Assembly: GCA_963798085.1 (NCBI GenBank) | Contig: CAWCRS010000007.1 | Location: forward strand, 256,001-320,000 | Direction of reading: 5' to 3' | Source: an uncultured Gemmatimonadales bacterium | GTDB taxonomy: Bacteria > Gemmatimonadota > Gemmatimonadetes > Longimicrobiales > RSA9 | Length of the DNA stretch: 64,000 nt | Shown: piece after piece, positions 1 through 9,279 of the stretch | How the letters are laid out: every line of letters begins with the position of its first letter | Numbering within the stretch: position 1 is the first letter of the stretch | Position numbers and translations under genes: made by a program | The notes under the pieces: model-generated | What the model saw: the letters and a program-made list of their open reading frames with translations, nothing else | Told to the model about the DNA's origin: nothing | The model's database searches: none

Positions 1-113
1 ACCGCAGCGGTCAGTTCGTGGCCAGCGGTGTGTACTTCTACCACCTGTCGACGCCCGATGGTAAGACGGCGATCGGCAAGTTCACGGTGATCAACTCGGG
101 CTTCGCCCGTTAA
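1..113 (+). CDS. 3' end of a protein with a T9SS-like C-terminal sorting (CTD/FlgD-Ig-like) domain, partial
   Basis: Frame from position 3 reads RSGQFVASGVYFYHLSTPDGKTAIGKFTVINSGFAR* (TAA 111-113). The ASGVYFY...GKF pattern is typical of CTDs. Lies directly upstream of a PorV-family gene. Confidence 0.7.
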   Translation, partial: RSGQFVASGVYFYHLSTPDGKTAIGKFTVINSGFAR

Positions 114-120
114 CGACTCT

Positions 121-150
121 GCGCCGGGGCCGCGCAAGCGGTCCCGGCGC
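121..150 (+). other. Intercistronic stem-loop (13-bp stem, GCAA tetraloop)
   Basis: gcgccggggccgc-gcaa-gcggtcccggcgc. No U-tract, so more likely stabilising or attenuating than a strong terminator. Confidence 0.55.
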
Positions 151-173
151 ACACCTCACGAGGAGAGGATCCG

Positions 174-1325
174 ATGAGGATGATTCGCAGGACGGTAACG
201 GGGCTCGCCCTGTTGGCCATGACGGCGGGATCGGTGCTCGCACAGAGTCAGCCGAACACGATCCAGCTGAAGAAAGAAAACTCCGGTGTGGGCACCACAT
301 CGGCGGAGTTCCTGCTGATGGGTGCGGGTGCGCGCGGCATGGCGCTGGGTCCCGCATTCTCGGCACTCACGCGCGATGTCGAAGCGCTCTATTACAACCC
401 TGCCGCGCTGCCGCTCATGGAGGGCGCGGAGGCGAGGGTCAGCCTGATGCCGTATTTCGCGAACACGAATTACCTGTGGGCAGGGGCGGCACTGCCCATA
501 CGCGGCGGCGAGTACGGCTTCGGCCTTTCCATCGCTAACTTCGGGTTTTCGGAACAGCCTGTTTACACCGAAGTCGATCAGAATAACGACAGCCAGTTGA
601 CGTACGGCGTGTCGGAGACGGTGATCGGCCTGTCGTTCGCGCACTCGTTCATTGACCGGTTCAGCGGCGGTCTCACGGTCAAGTGGATCTCGGACCAGCT
701 GGGCCAGTCCACCGCTACGGGCGCCGCGCTCGATATCGGTACCAACTATCACTCGGAAATCGGCGGCCGGCCCATTTCCATGTCATTCGTGATCCAGAAC
801 CTGGGCACGACACTGAAGCATACGGGCAGCGGGCTGGACTTCAATTCCTACCCGCAGAGCGAGGACCCGGCGTTCCCGGTACGCGCGCTGGATCCGTCCC
901 CCGCGCGCTTCGAGGCTGCAGCGTCGCCGCTGCCGGTCGTGTTCCGCGTGGGCCTGGCCTACGATCTGATGTCGTCGGCCAGCAACCGGCTTTCCATGCT
1001 GGGCGAGTTCAACGAGTTCTACAACAACAGTCCCAGCTTCGGCTTCGCGTCCGAGTACCAGTGGGCGCCGACGGAATCGCCGCTCAAGGTGGCGCTGCGC
1101 GGCAGCTACGCGTACCAGCCGGACAACAATCTGACGTCGACCGAACAGAACAACTTCGGTAACGCAGCCACCTCCGTGAAGAACGAAGGTCTGGACGGAC
1201 TGACCGTAGGAGGCGGGCTGCGCTATCACCTGGGCACGTACGAAGTGGCCGCGGATTACGCGTACCGTCACTTCGGCGTGCTGGGCGCGCGCAATGTGTT
1301 CACGGTGGGCTTCGCGTGGCATTGA
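174..1325 (+). CDS. PorV/PorQ-family outer-membrane beta-barrel protein
   Basis: Signal peptide; FLLMGAGARGMALG...ALYYNPAAL N-terminal motif; amphipathic strands and aromatic C-terminus; RBS aggagagg. Confidence 0.85.
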   Translation: MRMIRRTVTGLALLAMTAGSVLAQSQPNTIQLKKENSGVGTTSAEFLLMGAGARGMALGPAFSALTRDVEALYYNPAALPLMEGAEARVSLMPYFANTNYLWAGAALPIRGGEYGFGLSIANFGFSEQPVYTEVDQNNDSQLTYGVSETVIGLSFAHSFIDRFSGGLTVKWISDQLGQSTATGAALDIGTNYHSEIGGRPISMSFVIQNLGTTLKHTGSGLDFNSYPQSEDPAFPVRALDPSPARFEAAASPLPVVFRVGLAYDLMSSASNRLSMLGEFNEFYNNSPSFGFASEYQWAPTESPLKVALRGSYAYQPDNNLTSTEQNNFGNAATSVKNEGLDGLTVGGGLRYHLGTYEVAADYAYRHFGVLGARNVFTVGFAWH

Positions 1326-1369
1326 GCGACGCTCCCGTAATGATGCGCCAGGCATAAAGGCAGGATTCG

Positions 1370-2770
1370 ATGTGGGCAGCAGCAGCAGGGCTGGTAACGG
1401 CGGCGGCCATGGCCGCCGCCGGACCGGGCACAGGTGCGGATCAGCTGCAGATCACGCTGTATCGTTCGTGGTATCCGCCCAATGTCACCGTGGTCAACGG
1501 GCTGTTCCGCGTGGATGGTGCGATGCTGGGCACGGGCGACGCATGCGAGTACCACGTGCGGCTGTCCGTGGATGATTCGGCGGGCACCCGCCTGGTGAAC
1601 AATGAATGGGACGGCCACTGTCCGGCCGCTGTCGATGGCAAGCCCTCGGCGGCACTGGAGACCTTCCAGTTCGCTGTGGTGCCCTCGCACTACACGGTGC
1701 AGGTGACGGTGGACGCGAAGAACGTCGCACAGCCGATGCGACTCTCGGCGCGCGTGCCGCTGGAAAGCCTGGCGCTGTCGGCGCGCACGTCCGACCTGAT
1801 TCTGGCGACGAAGGTCGGCTGGGTGGATTCGACCAGCAATGTGCAGTGGACGATCAAGAAGAACAAACTGGGCATTGCGGCCGCCTCGGAAGCCGTGGCG
1901 GGGGAGACGAATCCGTACATCTCCTACTATCTCGAGATCTATCCCCGCGAGATGGGGCCCATGAACGGCACACTGGTGGGTGTGATTCGCAGACCTGACG
2001 GCAAACAGATCGCGCGACTGGATCTGCAGAAGGTGCAGCAGGTGACAGAGGCGCGGCCGCTGGCGGGCAATCTGTCGCTTGCCGGGCTGGCGCCGGGCGA
2101 CTACGTGCTGGAAGCCCGGCTGGAGCTGTCCGACACCGTGCTGGTGCGCACGCACGCGTTCCGCATGGAAGGCAGGGATTTCGCGGAGCAGGCGCCGGGC
2201 GCGCCCACGACGGGCTACTTCGCCTCACTGTCCGACGAGCAGCTCTCGCAGCTCTTCGATCCGGTGTCGGCGCTGCTGCAGAAGCAGTCCGACCGCGATC
2301 TCTACGGGCGTCTCAATCCGGATGGCCGGCGCCGCTTCCTGGCGCAGTACTTCGGCGTGACGCAGCCATCGGCCGGTGGGCAGGCTAACAATGCGTTGGA
2401 CATGTACCTGGCGCGTGTCCAGTTCGTGAACAGGGAATATGCCGGGCGCGGCGGGCAGGCCGGCTGGACCACGGACCGTGGCCACATCTACCTGCTGCGC
2501 GGTGCCCCGCAGTCGAAGGTGGCGAAGCCTCTGCCGCCGGGTGGCTCTTCGCCGTACGAGATCTGGCAGTATACGTCGGCGCCGGGCTACTTCTATCTGT
2601 TCATCGACGAATCAAGGATCAACAGCTACCGGTTGATCGTAAGCAGTGATCCGAACGAGTCGACGCTGCCCGACTGGGACCGGCGACTCAGTGACGAAGC
2701 CGTGGAGGACATCCGGCGCATGGGGATCCGCCTGCCCAACGTGTCGGGCGGCGGCCTGCTCCAGAACTAA
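1370..2770 (+). CDS. GWxTD domain-containing protein
   Basis: GWTTDRGHIYLLRGAP...PYEIWQY motif; N-terminal signal and Ig-like region. Confidence 0.85.
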   Translation: MWAAAAGLVTAAAMAAAGPGTGADQLQITLYRSWYPPNVTVVNGLFRVDGAMLGTGDACEYHVRLSVDDSAGTRLVNNEWDGHCPAAVDGKPSAALETFQFAVVPSHYTVQVTVDAKNVAQPMRLSARVPLESLALSARTSDLILATKVGWVDSTSNVQWTIKKNKLGIAAASEAVAGETNPYISYYLEIYPREMGPMNGTLVGVIRRPDGKQIARLDLQKVQQVTEARPLAGNLSLAGLAPGDYVLEARLELSDTVLVRTHAFRMEGRDFAEQAPGAPTTGYFASLSDEQLSQLFDPVSALLQKQSDRDLYGRLNPDGRRRFLAQYFGVTQPSAGGQANNALDMYLARVQFVNREYAGRGGQAGWTTDRGHIYLLRGAPQSKVAKPLPPGGSSPYEIWQYTSAPGYFYLFIDESRINSYRLIVSSDPNESTLPDWDRRLSDEAVEDIRRMGIRLPNVSGGGLLQN

Positions 2771-2839
2771 CGCGCTCTTTCGAGACTGACGGGATCCACA
2801 AGGGAACTGCCCCGGAGCCGGGGCGCATGGAGGAACGAC

Positions 2840-3217
2840 ATGTCGAAGCGGATCGGTCTTCTGGCAATGCTCGGAGTGGCGGGTCTGGTCGCAATGGCAG
2901 CCTGCGACAACAACCCGCTTTCCAAGGACCGCGACAAGGTGACGCGTCTGGATCTCAACCCGAGTTTTGCCAACGTCAAGGTGAATGACTCGACGTTCGT
3001 GACGGCCATTGCGCTCAATCGCAACGGCGAGCCGACCGGAGACGCGGTGCAGGGCACCGCGTGCGATGGCAAGATCACGATCAAGAATGATCCCACGCGC
3101 ACCAACTTCGAGCCGCCGGAGCGGTGGATCGTTCATGGCGTGACCGCTGGTCAGTCGTGCGTCAATGTGAGTTCGGCGGGCGTCACGTCATCCGTCGTGA
3201 TCAACGTCGTTCAGTAG
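2840..3217 (+). CDS. Lipoprotein with Ig-like domain
   Basis: Lipobox AMAAC; beta-rich; Cys pair; RBS ggagg. Confidence 0.75.
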   Translation: MSKRIGLLAMLGVAGLVAMAACDNNPLSKDRDKVTRLDLNPSFANVKVNDSTFVTAIALNRNGEPTGDAVQGTACDGKITIKNDPTRTNFEPPERWIVHGVTAGQSCVNVSSAGVTSSVVINVVQ

Positions 3218-3222
3218 CGACA

Positions 3223-3246
3223 CCGGCCGCGTTCTGACGCGGCCGG
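3223..3246 (+). terminator. Hairpin just after the lipoprotein stop
   Basis: Perfect inverted repeat ccggccgcgt-tctg-acgcggccgg. Confidence 0.5.
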
Positions 3247-3305
3247 CGCCACACGAACCGCGCGCGACGCGTGCCTTCGGGCGCCTGCGTCCTGCGGCGA
3301 AACGA

Positions 3306-3343
3306 GAACGCCTCCCGGCGCGGTCCGCGTCCGGGAGGCGTTC
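3306..3343. terminator. Probable bidirectional intrinsic terminator between convergent genes
   Basis: 13-bp arms gaacgcctcccgg / ccgggaggcgttc followed by ctcttc. Confidence 0.6.
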
Positions 3344-3392
3344 CTCTTCGTGGATCAGCGCGGCCGCGTGTTTACGCGATCCCGCATCAGCG

Positions 3393-4760
3393 TCACTCGC
3401 GGCGGCGGCATTCCTCCAGTGCATCGAAGAGTCGCTCGAAGTGCTCGGGCCTGTGCGCGGCGGTGGCGCAGAGTCGAAGACGTGCCTGACCGGGTGATAC
3501 GGCGGGATACACGACAGCGGAAACGAACACACCCATGGCAAGCATCCACCGCGCCCAGCGATAGGCTCGCCATTCGTCACCCAGAATCAGCGGCACGACC
3601 GGCGACGTCGAGGCGCCGATCTCGAACCCGCGTTCGCGCAGACCGCTGCGCAGCACCTGCTCATTGCGGTGCAGGCGCTGCACGTGCTCAGGCTCGGCCG
3701 AAATCACGCGCAATGCCTCGAGAACAGCGGCCGCATTTGCCGGCGTCATCGCAGCCGAGAAGATGTAGGGAGCCGAGCCGTGCTGAATGTAGATCTTGAG
3801 GCCCGGCGCGCCGGAAACGAACCCGCCCGACGAAGGTATGCCCTTGGACAGCGAGCCGGTCACGATATCGATGCGGCGAGGATCGATCTTCTGCGCTTCG
3901 CACACGCCGCGGCCGGTCGCGCCGATCGCGGCAATGGAGTGCGCTTCGTCGACCAGCAGGAAAGCGCCGTAGCGCTCCTTGATCTGGATGAGTTCTTCAA
4001 GCGGTGCCTGGTCGCCATCCATGCTGAACACCGCATCAACGGCCACCAGGATGCGCCGTGCGCCCCGGCTCTTCGCCTGGCGCAGGCGGCGCTCGAGGTC
4101 TTCCATGTCATTGTGACGGAAGCGACGCGTATCGCAGCCTGCCATGCGCGCGCCGTCCTGAATGCTCTGGTGCGCGTACTGGTCGAGAATGGCGAAGTCG
4201 CCGGGACCGAAAAGCGACGTGATGGCAGCGAGGTTCGCGTCGTACCCGGAGCCGAAGGTGGCGGCGGCCTCATGACCGAGAAACGTCGCCAGCTCATGCT
4301 CGACTTCGTGATGCAGCTCCAGGGTGCCCGTCAGGAGTCGAACACCACCGGTGGAAGTGCCCAGCTTCTCGACCATGCGCGCGGTTGCCGCCTTGATGCG
4401 CGGGTGTCCGGCAAGGCCGAGATAGCTGTAGGTGGAGAACAGCAGAAGCGGCTCGCCCAGCACTTCGATGTCGGGACCGCAATGTGTCTGCAGCGGCAAC
4501 TGATAGGTATAGAGCGAATGAGGCAGGCCCGCTGCGAACAGCTCGAACCAGCGCCGCACTGCGGGGGTGTCGAGCAGCGAACCTGGCTCGATCATGTCAT
4601 CGACACTGCGACCGTCGAAGAAACCGCTGAAGGGATCGCGTGTGTAGCCTTCGAGCGCGTCCGTCAGGCGCGCGGGAGGCGCACATTCGGCCGCGCCAGG
4701 TGCGCCGCTGCCAGGCTTCGCCGAAGCGCGCATCGCCGCAGCGCCGTCGCCGTCGGTCAT
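3393..4760 (-). CDS. Alpha-oxoamine synthase family PLP enzyme (serine palmitoyltransferase / KBL / BioF-like)
   Basis: FSTYSYLGL, GGVRLLTGTLELH, VDEAHS, GSLSKG (PLP Lys), YIFSAA, ARLRL. Start uncertain (ATGs at 4769, 4760, 4733); the listed 4922 start overlaps the upstream gene. Confidence 0.85.
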   Translation of the reverse strand: MTDGDGAAAMRASAKPGSGAPGAAECAPPARLTDALEGYTRDPFSGFFDGRSVDDMIEPGSLLDTPAVRRWFELFAAGLPHSLYTYQLPLQTHCGPDIEVLGEPLLLFSTYSYLGLAGHPRIKAATARMVEKLGTSTGGVRLLTGTLELHHEVEHELATFLGHEAAATFGSGYDANLAAITSLFGPGDFAILDQYAHQSIQDGARMAGCDTRRFRHNDMEDLERRLRQAKSRGARRILVAVDAVFSMDGDQAPLEELIQIKERYGAFLLVDEAHSIAAIGATGRGVCEAQKIDPRRIDIVTGSLSKGIPSSGGFVSGAPGLKIYIQHGSAPYIFSAAMTPANAAAVLEALRVISAEPEHVQRLHRNEQVLRSGLRERGFEIGASTSPVVPLILGDEWRAYRWARWMLAMGVFVSAVVYPAVSPGQARLRLCATAAHRPEHFERLFDALEECRRRE

Positions 4761-4827
4761 GCCGGGCATGGGCAGGATGGGCGAACGCGCAGGCGGGTTC
4801 GATGCCGGACCCGCTCCGTTATCGCCA

Positions 4828-6048
4828 TCAGCCGGCCGCGAAGCGGAACGCGACCTTGACGGATCGCTGGCCGCCTTTGTCGAGGGCGGCTGCGAGTGCC
4901 GCACGATACTCCTCCAGGGCAAAGGTGTGCGTCACCATGCCGAGCCCGGCAAAGGTGTCGCGATGCAGAAGATCGAGCGCGGCCCGGTAGATCTCACATG
5001 ACTCGCCGCGCCAGGGCGCCAACCCGTACGCAAAGATACCGGCCACCGTCAGCTGGCGATACCAGACGCGCGTCCAGTCCGCCGTCAGACGAGCGGCCGC
5101 ACCCACGAGTACCACGCGACCGCCTTCGCGGCAGAGCGCCAGCGTATCCTGCACGGTGCGCGACGTGCCCACCGTGTCGAATATCAACGACGGCCCGCCC
5201 TCGACGAAGCGAGCTGCGAGCGTGGGCTTGTACGCGCGTGCCCCCGGCAACTGCGCAGCCCAGTGATACGCCTCATTGCGCGAGCGCAGCATTGTATCCG
5301 CGCCCGCCTGCTCCGCGCGCTCGAGCTGGAAATCGTAACGCCCGAGAACCGCAATGCCGCCCTGCCACCCCAGTGCGCGCAGGGAGCTGACAGTCAGCAG
5401 ACCGATCGTACCGGCGCCGATCACCAGAATCGTGTCGTCCGGGTGTGGCGGGTGCAGCAAGACCGGCCGCAACGCCGATGCCAGTGGGTCCGTGAGTAAC
5501 GCGACGTCGTCCGACAGACCATTCGTCGCGTGCAACTGGCTGCGGTGAGCGACGAAGTAACGCGACCATCCGCCGCCCGTCCGCGGGCAATACCCGATCA
5601 TGGGCCCGCGGCCCGGCGTGCCGTCGGTGGTTCGGCGGCACAGCCCGTATTCGCCGCGGGCACAGGCACTGCACGGGGGTGTCAGCTCACGCTGCGCGCA
5701 CGCGAGCATCGGATTGATGACGACGTGGTCGCCGACCGACCACTCCGTTACGGCCTGCCCCTTCTCAACGACCACACCCACGTTCTCGTGACCGAACGTG
5801 AACGGGTAGGCGCCGAACGGCTCGAGCGTAAAGCTGTCGTGCGCAGTCACCGCGGCCAGGTCGCTGCCGCAGATGCCGCTCAGCAGAGTCTCGATGCGTA
5901 CCCACTCCGGTCCCGGCAGTGCCGGTGGCTCCACATCATCCAGGGTCACACAGCCGAGTGGCGAAACCGGAAAGGCGGGGCGACCCGACCCTGCCCAGCG
6001 CGTGAGCAGATAGCGCACCGGCCGGTAGTGGAAGCGGATCGCGAGCAC
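4828..6048 (-). CDS. Zn-dependent medium-chain alcohol dehydrogenase
   Basis: GICGSD, GHE, structural Zn motif C..CSAC..C, GAGTIG. Confidence 0.9.
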   Translation of the reverse strand: MLAIRFHYRPVRYLLTRWAGSGRPAFPVSPLGCVTLDDVEPPALPGPEWVRIETLLSGICGSDLAAVTAHDSFTLEPFGAYPFTFGHENVGVVVEKGQAVTEWSVGDHVVINPMLACAQRELTPPCSACARGEYGLCRRTTDGTPGRGPMIGYCPRTGGGWSRYFVAHRSQLHATNGLSDDVALLTDPLASALRPVLLHPPHPDDTILVIGAGTIGLLTVSSLRALGWQGGIAVLGRYDFQLERAEQAGADTMLRSRNEAYHWAAQLPGARAYKPTLAARFVEGGPSLIFDTVGTSRTVQDTLALCREGGRVVLVGAAARLTADWTRVWYRQLTVAGIFAYGLAPWRGESCEIYRAALDLLHRDTFAGLGMVTHTFALEEYRAALAAALDKGGQRSVKVAFRFAAG

Positions 6049-6087
6049 CGTGGATCATAGGGCGGCGGGCTGGATCGGACAAGTTGG

Positions 6088-6380
6088 TGTCGGACCGTCT
6101 TTGCGTTCTTGGGTTTGGCACGGTCCGCTATCAACCGAGCCGGACCTTGTCCCTCCCCGTTCGCCGCGCGGCCCAATCGTCCATGGCAAGGCGCCGTCAA
6201 TCCACTACAATTGGGTGCGTTCTGCACAGCCAGGGTCGGTTTGCCCAGGCGCAGCATGGTCAGAAAGGTCGCGGGCATAGCGATACGGCGCACAACCCAA
6301 GAATGCCACGACGGTCCGCCAGGAATGGCATAGCGAAACGGAGCACAACCCAAGAACGCCAAGACGGTCCGACAGCAATG
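6088..6380. repeat. Intergenic element with three related ~45-bp units (one inverted, two in 53-bp tandem)
   Basis: Reverse complement of 6088-6131 = atagcggaccgtgccaaacccaagaacgcaaagacggtccgaca; 6277-6321 = atagcgatacggcgcacaacccaagaatgccacgacggtccgcca; 6330-6374 = atagcgaaacggagcacaacccaagaacgccaagacggtccgaca. Confidence 0.85.
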
Positions 6381-6491
6381 GCGCCCCACCTCACCAAACC
6401 GCATTTTGCGCACATGATGGGGGTCAAGACTCGAGCGCATGAACCAACCCGCGCGCCTGCCGGCCGCGATTCATCGGATCTGGCAGACACA

Positions 6492-7037
6492 ATGGATCGG
6501 CGAGGCTTCCTGCGCAGTGCCGCGGGTGGCACGGTGGCTGTCGCGGTAGCGTCGCTGCTTCCGGCCGGATGTTCTGCCGACTACCCGCAGGCCGCCGCCG
6601 ACGGCGTAACCCTCGCCACGCTCAGTCCCAAGGAATACGCCGTCATGCGCGCTGCCGCGGAAGCCCTGCTCGCGGGTGTGCCGGTGCAGCCGAAAGACGT
6701 TGCCTTGGCGGTGGACCTCGAGCTTGCGGCCGTGGGTGAGCCCATCGTCTCCGACATGAAGAATGTCCTGCGCCTGATCGAGCATTTCACGATCCTCGGC
6801 TGGCACCGCCGCACGTTCACCGAGCTGCGGCCCGACGAGCGCGTGCGTTATCTGCGTGGCTGGGCGACCTCGCGATTCGCGGTGCGACGCGCGGCGTATC
6901 AGGCACTGCGCGGTTTCGTCGACTACTTCGCATGGATCCGGCCGGAGACGCGTCCGCTCACCGGTTTCCGCGGTCCTCTTGCCGAAACCGTAAAGATCCC
7001 GCCGGTGCGTGCCGTCGATTTCGGAGACGTCGCATGA
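6492..7037 (+). CDS. Tat-exported lipoprotein, gluconate-2-dehydrogenase subunit 3-like partner of the GMC enzyme
   Basis: MDRRGFL twin-arginine motif; LLPAGC lipobox; FTELRPDER..YL..W..S pattern; ATGA overlap with the GMC gene. Alternative start 6414. Confidence 0.75.
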   Translation: MDRRGFLRSAAGGTVAVAVASLLPAGCSADYPQAAADGVTLATLSPKEYAVMRAAAEALLAGVPVQPKDVALAVDLELAAVGEPIVSDMKNVLRLIEHFTILGWHRRTFTELRPDERVRYLRGWATSRFAVRRAAYQALRGFVDYFAWIRPETRPLTGFRGPLAETVKIPPVRAVDFGDVA

Positions 7038-8584
7038 TCATCCAGGGCACGCACCGCACGAGCGATGTGCGGGAGCAAGCCGACGTTGCCATTGTCGGCA
7101 CCGGGGCTGGTGGAGCGACGCTGGGCGCGTTCCTCAGCGATCACGGCTGGAACGTCGTCATGCTTGAGCGCGGCGGCTTCTTCAGGGCGGAGGATTTCAC
7201 GCAGCGCGAGGACGAAGCCATGGTCGCCTTCAACGGGCGACGGGGCCTCGATTCGACCATCGATAACGCGATATTTCTGAACTACGCCGAGGCTGTGGGC
7301 GGCTGCACCGTGCACTACTGGGGCGATTCCTTCCGTACGCCCCACGACCGGCTGGAGCGCTGGCAAAGCGAGCACGGCCTCGACTGGATGACGCCGGGCG
7401 AACTGGATCCGCACTGGGACGAGATCGAGAAGCAGCTGGGGATTCACGTCACCGAGGAGCGGCTGCTCAACGAGAACAACCGTCTGGTCCGCAAAGGCTG
7501 CGAGGCGCTGGGCATCGAAGGCGCACCGCCGCCCACGGCGCGCGTCGACTGCATTGGCTGCGGCTGGACGCAGTTCGGCTGCGCCTACAATGCCAAGACC
7601 TCGCAGCTCATTACCACGATTCCGCGCATCTCGAAGGCGGGCGGCCGCGTGTACAGCGATGCGCACGCCGATCACATCGTGGTGGAGAACGGGCGCGCGG
7701 TCGCGGTCGAGGGCACGCTGGTGGAGCGTGGCACGCACACGCGGCGCGCCAGATTCCGGGTCGATGCCGAAGTCATCGTGCTGGCGGGCGGATCACTGGG
7801 CACGGCGGGTCTGCTGCTGCGCAACTTCCCGGACGAGCCCGCGGTGGGCCGGCGTTTCTACCTCAACCCGCACTATTTCGTCTGGGCGGATTTTGGTCGC
7901 GAGATCGACAATGCCACGGGCATCCCGTGCGCCTACGTGGTGCACGGTTTCCGCGAGCTGAAGACGGACGCTCGCGGCAATTACGCGGGCGGCGGCTACA
8001 TCATGCTGAGCAATCATCAGTCGCCCGGCATTGCAGCCGCCATGTTCTCGGCGCTGGGCGCGGACCACACCGCGATGATGCGGAAGTGGCACCAGTTCGG
8101 CTCTGTCATGTCGGTCATCGATGAGGCCAATCCGGGGCGCGTCTTCCTGGGCCGCGACGGCATCCGGCGCACCGAGTACAACGTGCGCGGCATCGATCAG
8201 CACAAGGCGGTCGACTATCTGCGCAATGCCAGTCGCATCTTCCTGGCGGCCGGGGCACGGGAAGTACGCATTCCGGACGTATACGGCACGGTCGTGCGTA
8301 ACGAGCGTGACGTGCTGGAGAAGATCCAGCTGCGGTCGGTGCAGCCTAACGCGCAATTCTGCGCGGGCAGCCACCTGCTGGGCACGGCACCCCTGGGTGC
8401 GGATGCCGCCGATTCCTTCGCCGGCCCCACCGGCGAGGCGCACCGGGTACGCGGACTGTACGTCGCCGACGGTTCGGCACTGCCCGGGTCCGTGTCGGTC
8501 GACCCATCGCTCAGCATCATGGGCGTGGCGCGCTGGATCGCGAGCGGCATCCACGAACGCCACGGCAGGGCTGGCAGCACGTGA
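7034..8584 (+). CDS. GMC family oxidoreductase (long-chain alcohol oxidase-like)
   Basis: GTGAGG FAD motif, VGGCTV, CIGCGWTQFGC, SHLLGT, LYVADGSALP, VDPSLSIM. Confidence 0.9.
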   Translation: MIIQGTHRTSDVREQADVAIVGTGAGGATLGAFLSDHGWNVVMLERGGFFRAEDFTQREDEAMVAFNGRRGLDSTIDNAIFLNYAEAVGGCTVHYWGDSFRTPHDRLERWQSEHGLDWMTPGELDPHWDEIEKQLGIHVTEERLLNENNRLVRKGCEALGIEGAPPPTARVDCIGCGWTQFGCAYNAKTSQLITTIPRISKAGGRVYSDAHADHIVVENGRAVAVEGTLVERGTHTRRARFRVDAEVIVLAGGSLGTAGLLLRNFPDEPAVGRRFYLNPHYFVWADFGREIDNATGIPCAYVVHGFRELKTDARGNYAGGGYIMLSNHQSPGIAAAMFSALGADHTAMMRKWHQFGSVMSVIDEANPGRVFLGRDGIRRTEYNVRGIDQHKAVDYLRNASRIFLAAGAREVRIPDVYGTVVRNERDVLEKIQLRSVQPNAQFCAGSHLLGTAPLGADAADSFAGPTGEAHRVRGLYVADGSALPGSVSVDPSLSIMGVARWIASGIHERHGRAGST

Positions 8585-9279
8585 TTCCAGCGCTGGCCGG
8601 CGTTGATTATCCACCTGCCCCGGCGTGGTCCGTGCTCGAGGAATTCCTGCACTCTAACACGCAGTTTGGAGCGCCCGCACTGTGCCCCGAGGTTTCCGTG
8701 TACAGCGCGGATTCGCTGGTGCGCGTCTGGGAGGCAGCGGAGGCGCTGGCCGGCACCACGCTGCCGGCGCCCTTCTGGGCGTTTCCCTGGCCGGCCGGGG
8801 TAGCGCTGGCGCGCATCATCCTGGACGAGCCTGGGCTGGTGGCAGGCAGACGGGTCGTCGATATGGGCGCGGGGGGCGGCATCAGCTGCCTTGCCAGTGC
8901 GCATGCCGGCGCAGCGCACGTCACCGCCTGCGATGTGGATCCCTGGGCGCTCGCCGTTACGCGCAGCGCTGCCGCCCGGCAGAATCTGCGCATCGCGACC
9001 GTGCTGGCCGATGCCGTTGCCGAGCCTGCGGTACTGCGGGATGCGGACGTGGTGCTGTGTTGCGACCTCGGCTACGACCGTACCCGCGCGCCGCTGGAGC
9101 GCGCCGTGCTGCAAGCTGCGCACGCCCGAGGTGCAACGCTGCTGGTAGCGGATGCGGGTCGCAAATACTTCGACGCCGCCGGCCTCGAGCTGATTGCTCA
9201 GCTTACGGTGCCCGTGGTGCAGGATCTCGAGGGTGCGAGCGAGCGCCTGACACGGGTTTATCGTCTGCGGGAACCGTAA
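8581..9279 (+). CDS. Class I SAM-dependent (lysine/nicotinamide-type) methyltransferase
   Basis: PFWAFPWPAG and VVDMGAGGG motifs; GTGA overlap. Confidence 0.8.
   Translation: MIPALAGVDYPPAPAWSVLEEFLHSNTQFGAPALCPEVSVYSADSLVRVWEAAEALAGTTLPAPFWAFPWPAGVALARIILDEPGLVAGRRVVDMGAGGGISCLASAHAGAAHVTACDVDPWALAVTRSAAARQNLRIATVLADAVAEPAVLRDADVVLCCDLGYDRTRAPLERAVLQAAHARGATLLVADAGRKYFDAAGLELIAQLTVPVVQDLEGASERLTRVYRLREP

Noticed and set aside
6275..6380. 53-bp tandem repeat as a CRISPR array
   Set aside because: Only two direct copies, similar along their whole length with no unique spacers, and no cas genes in the window.
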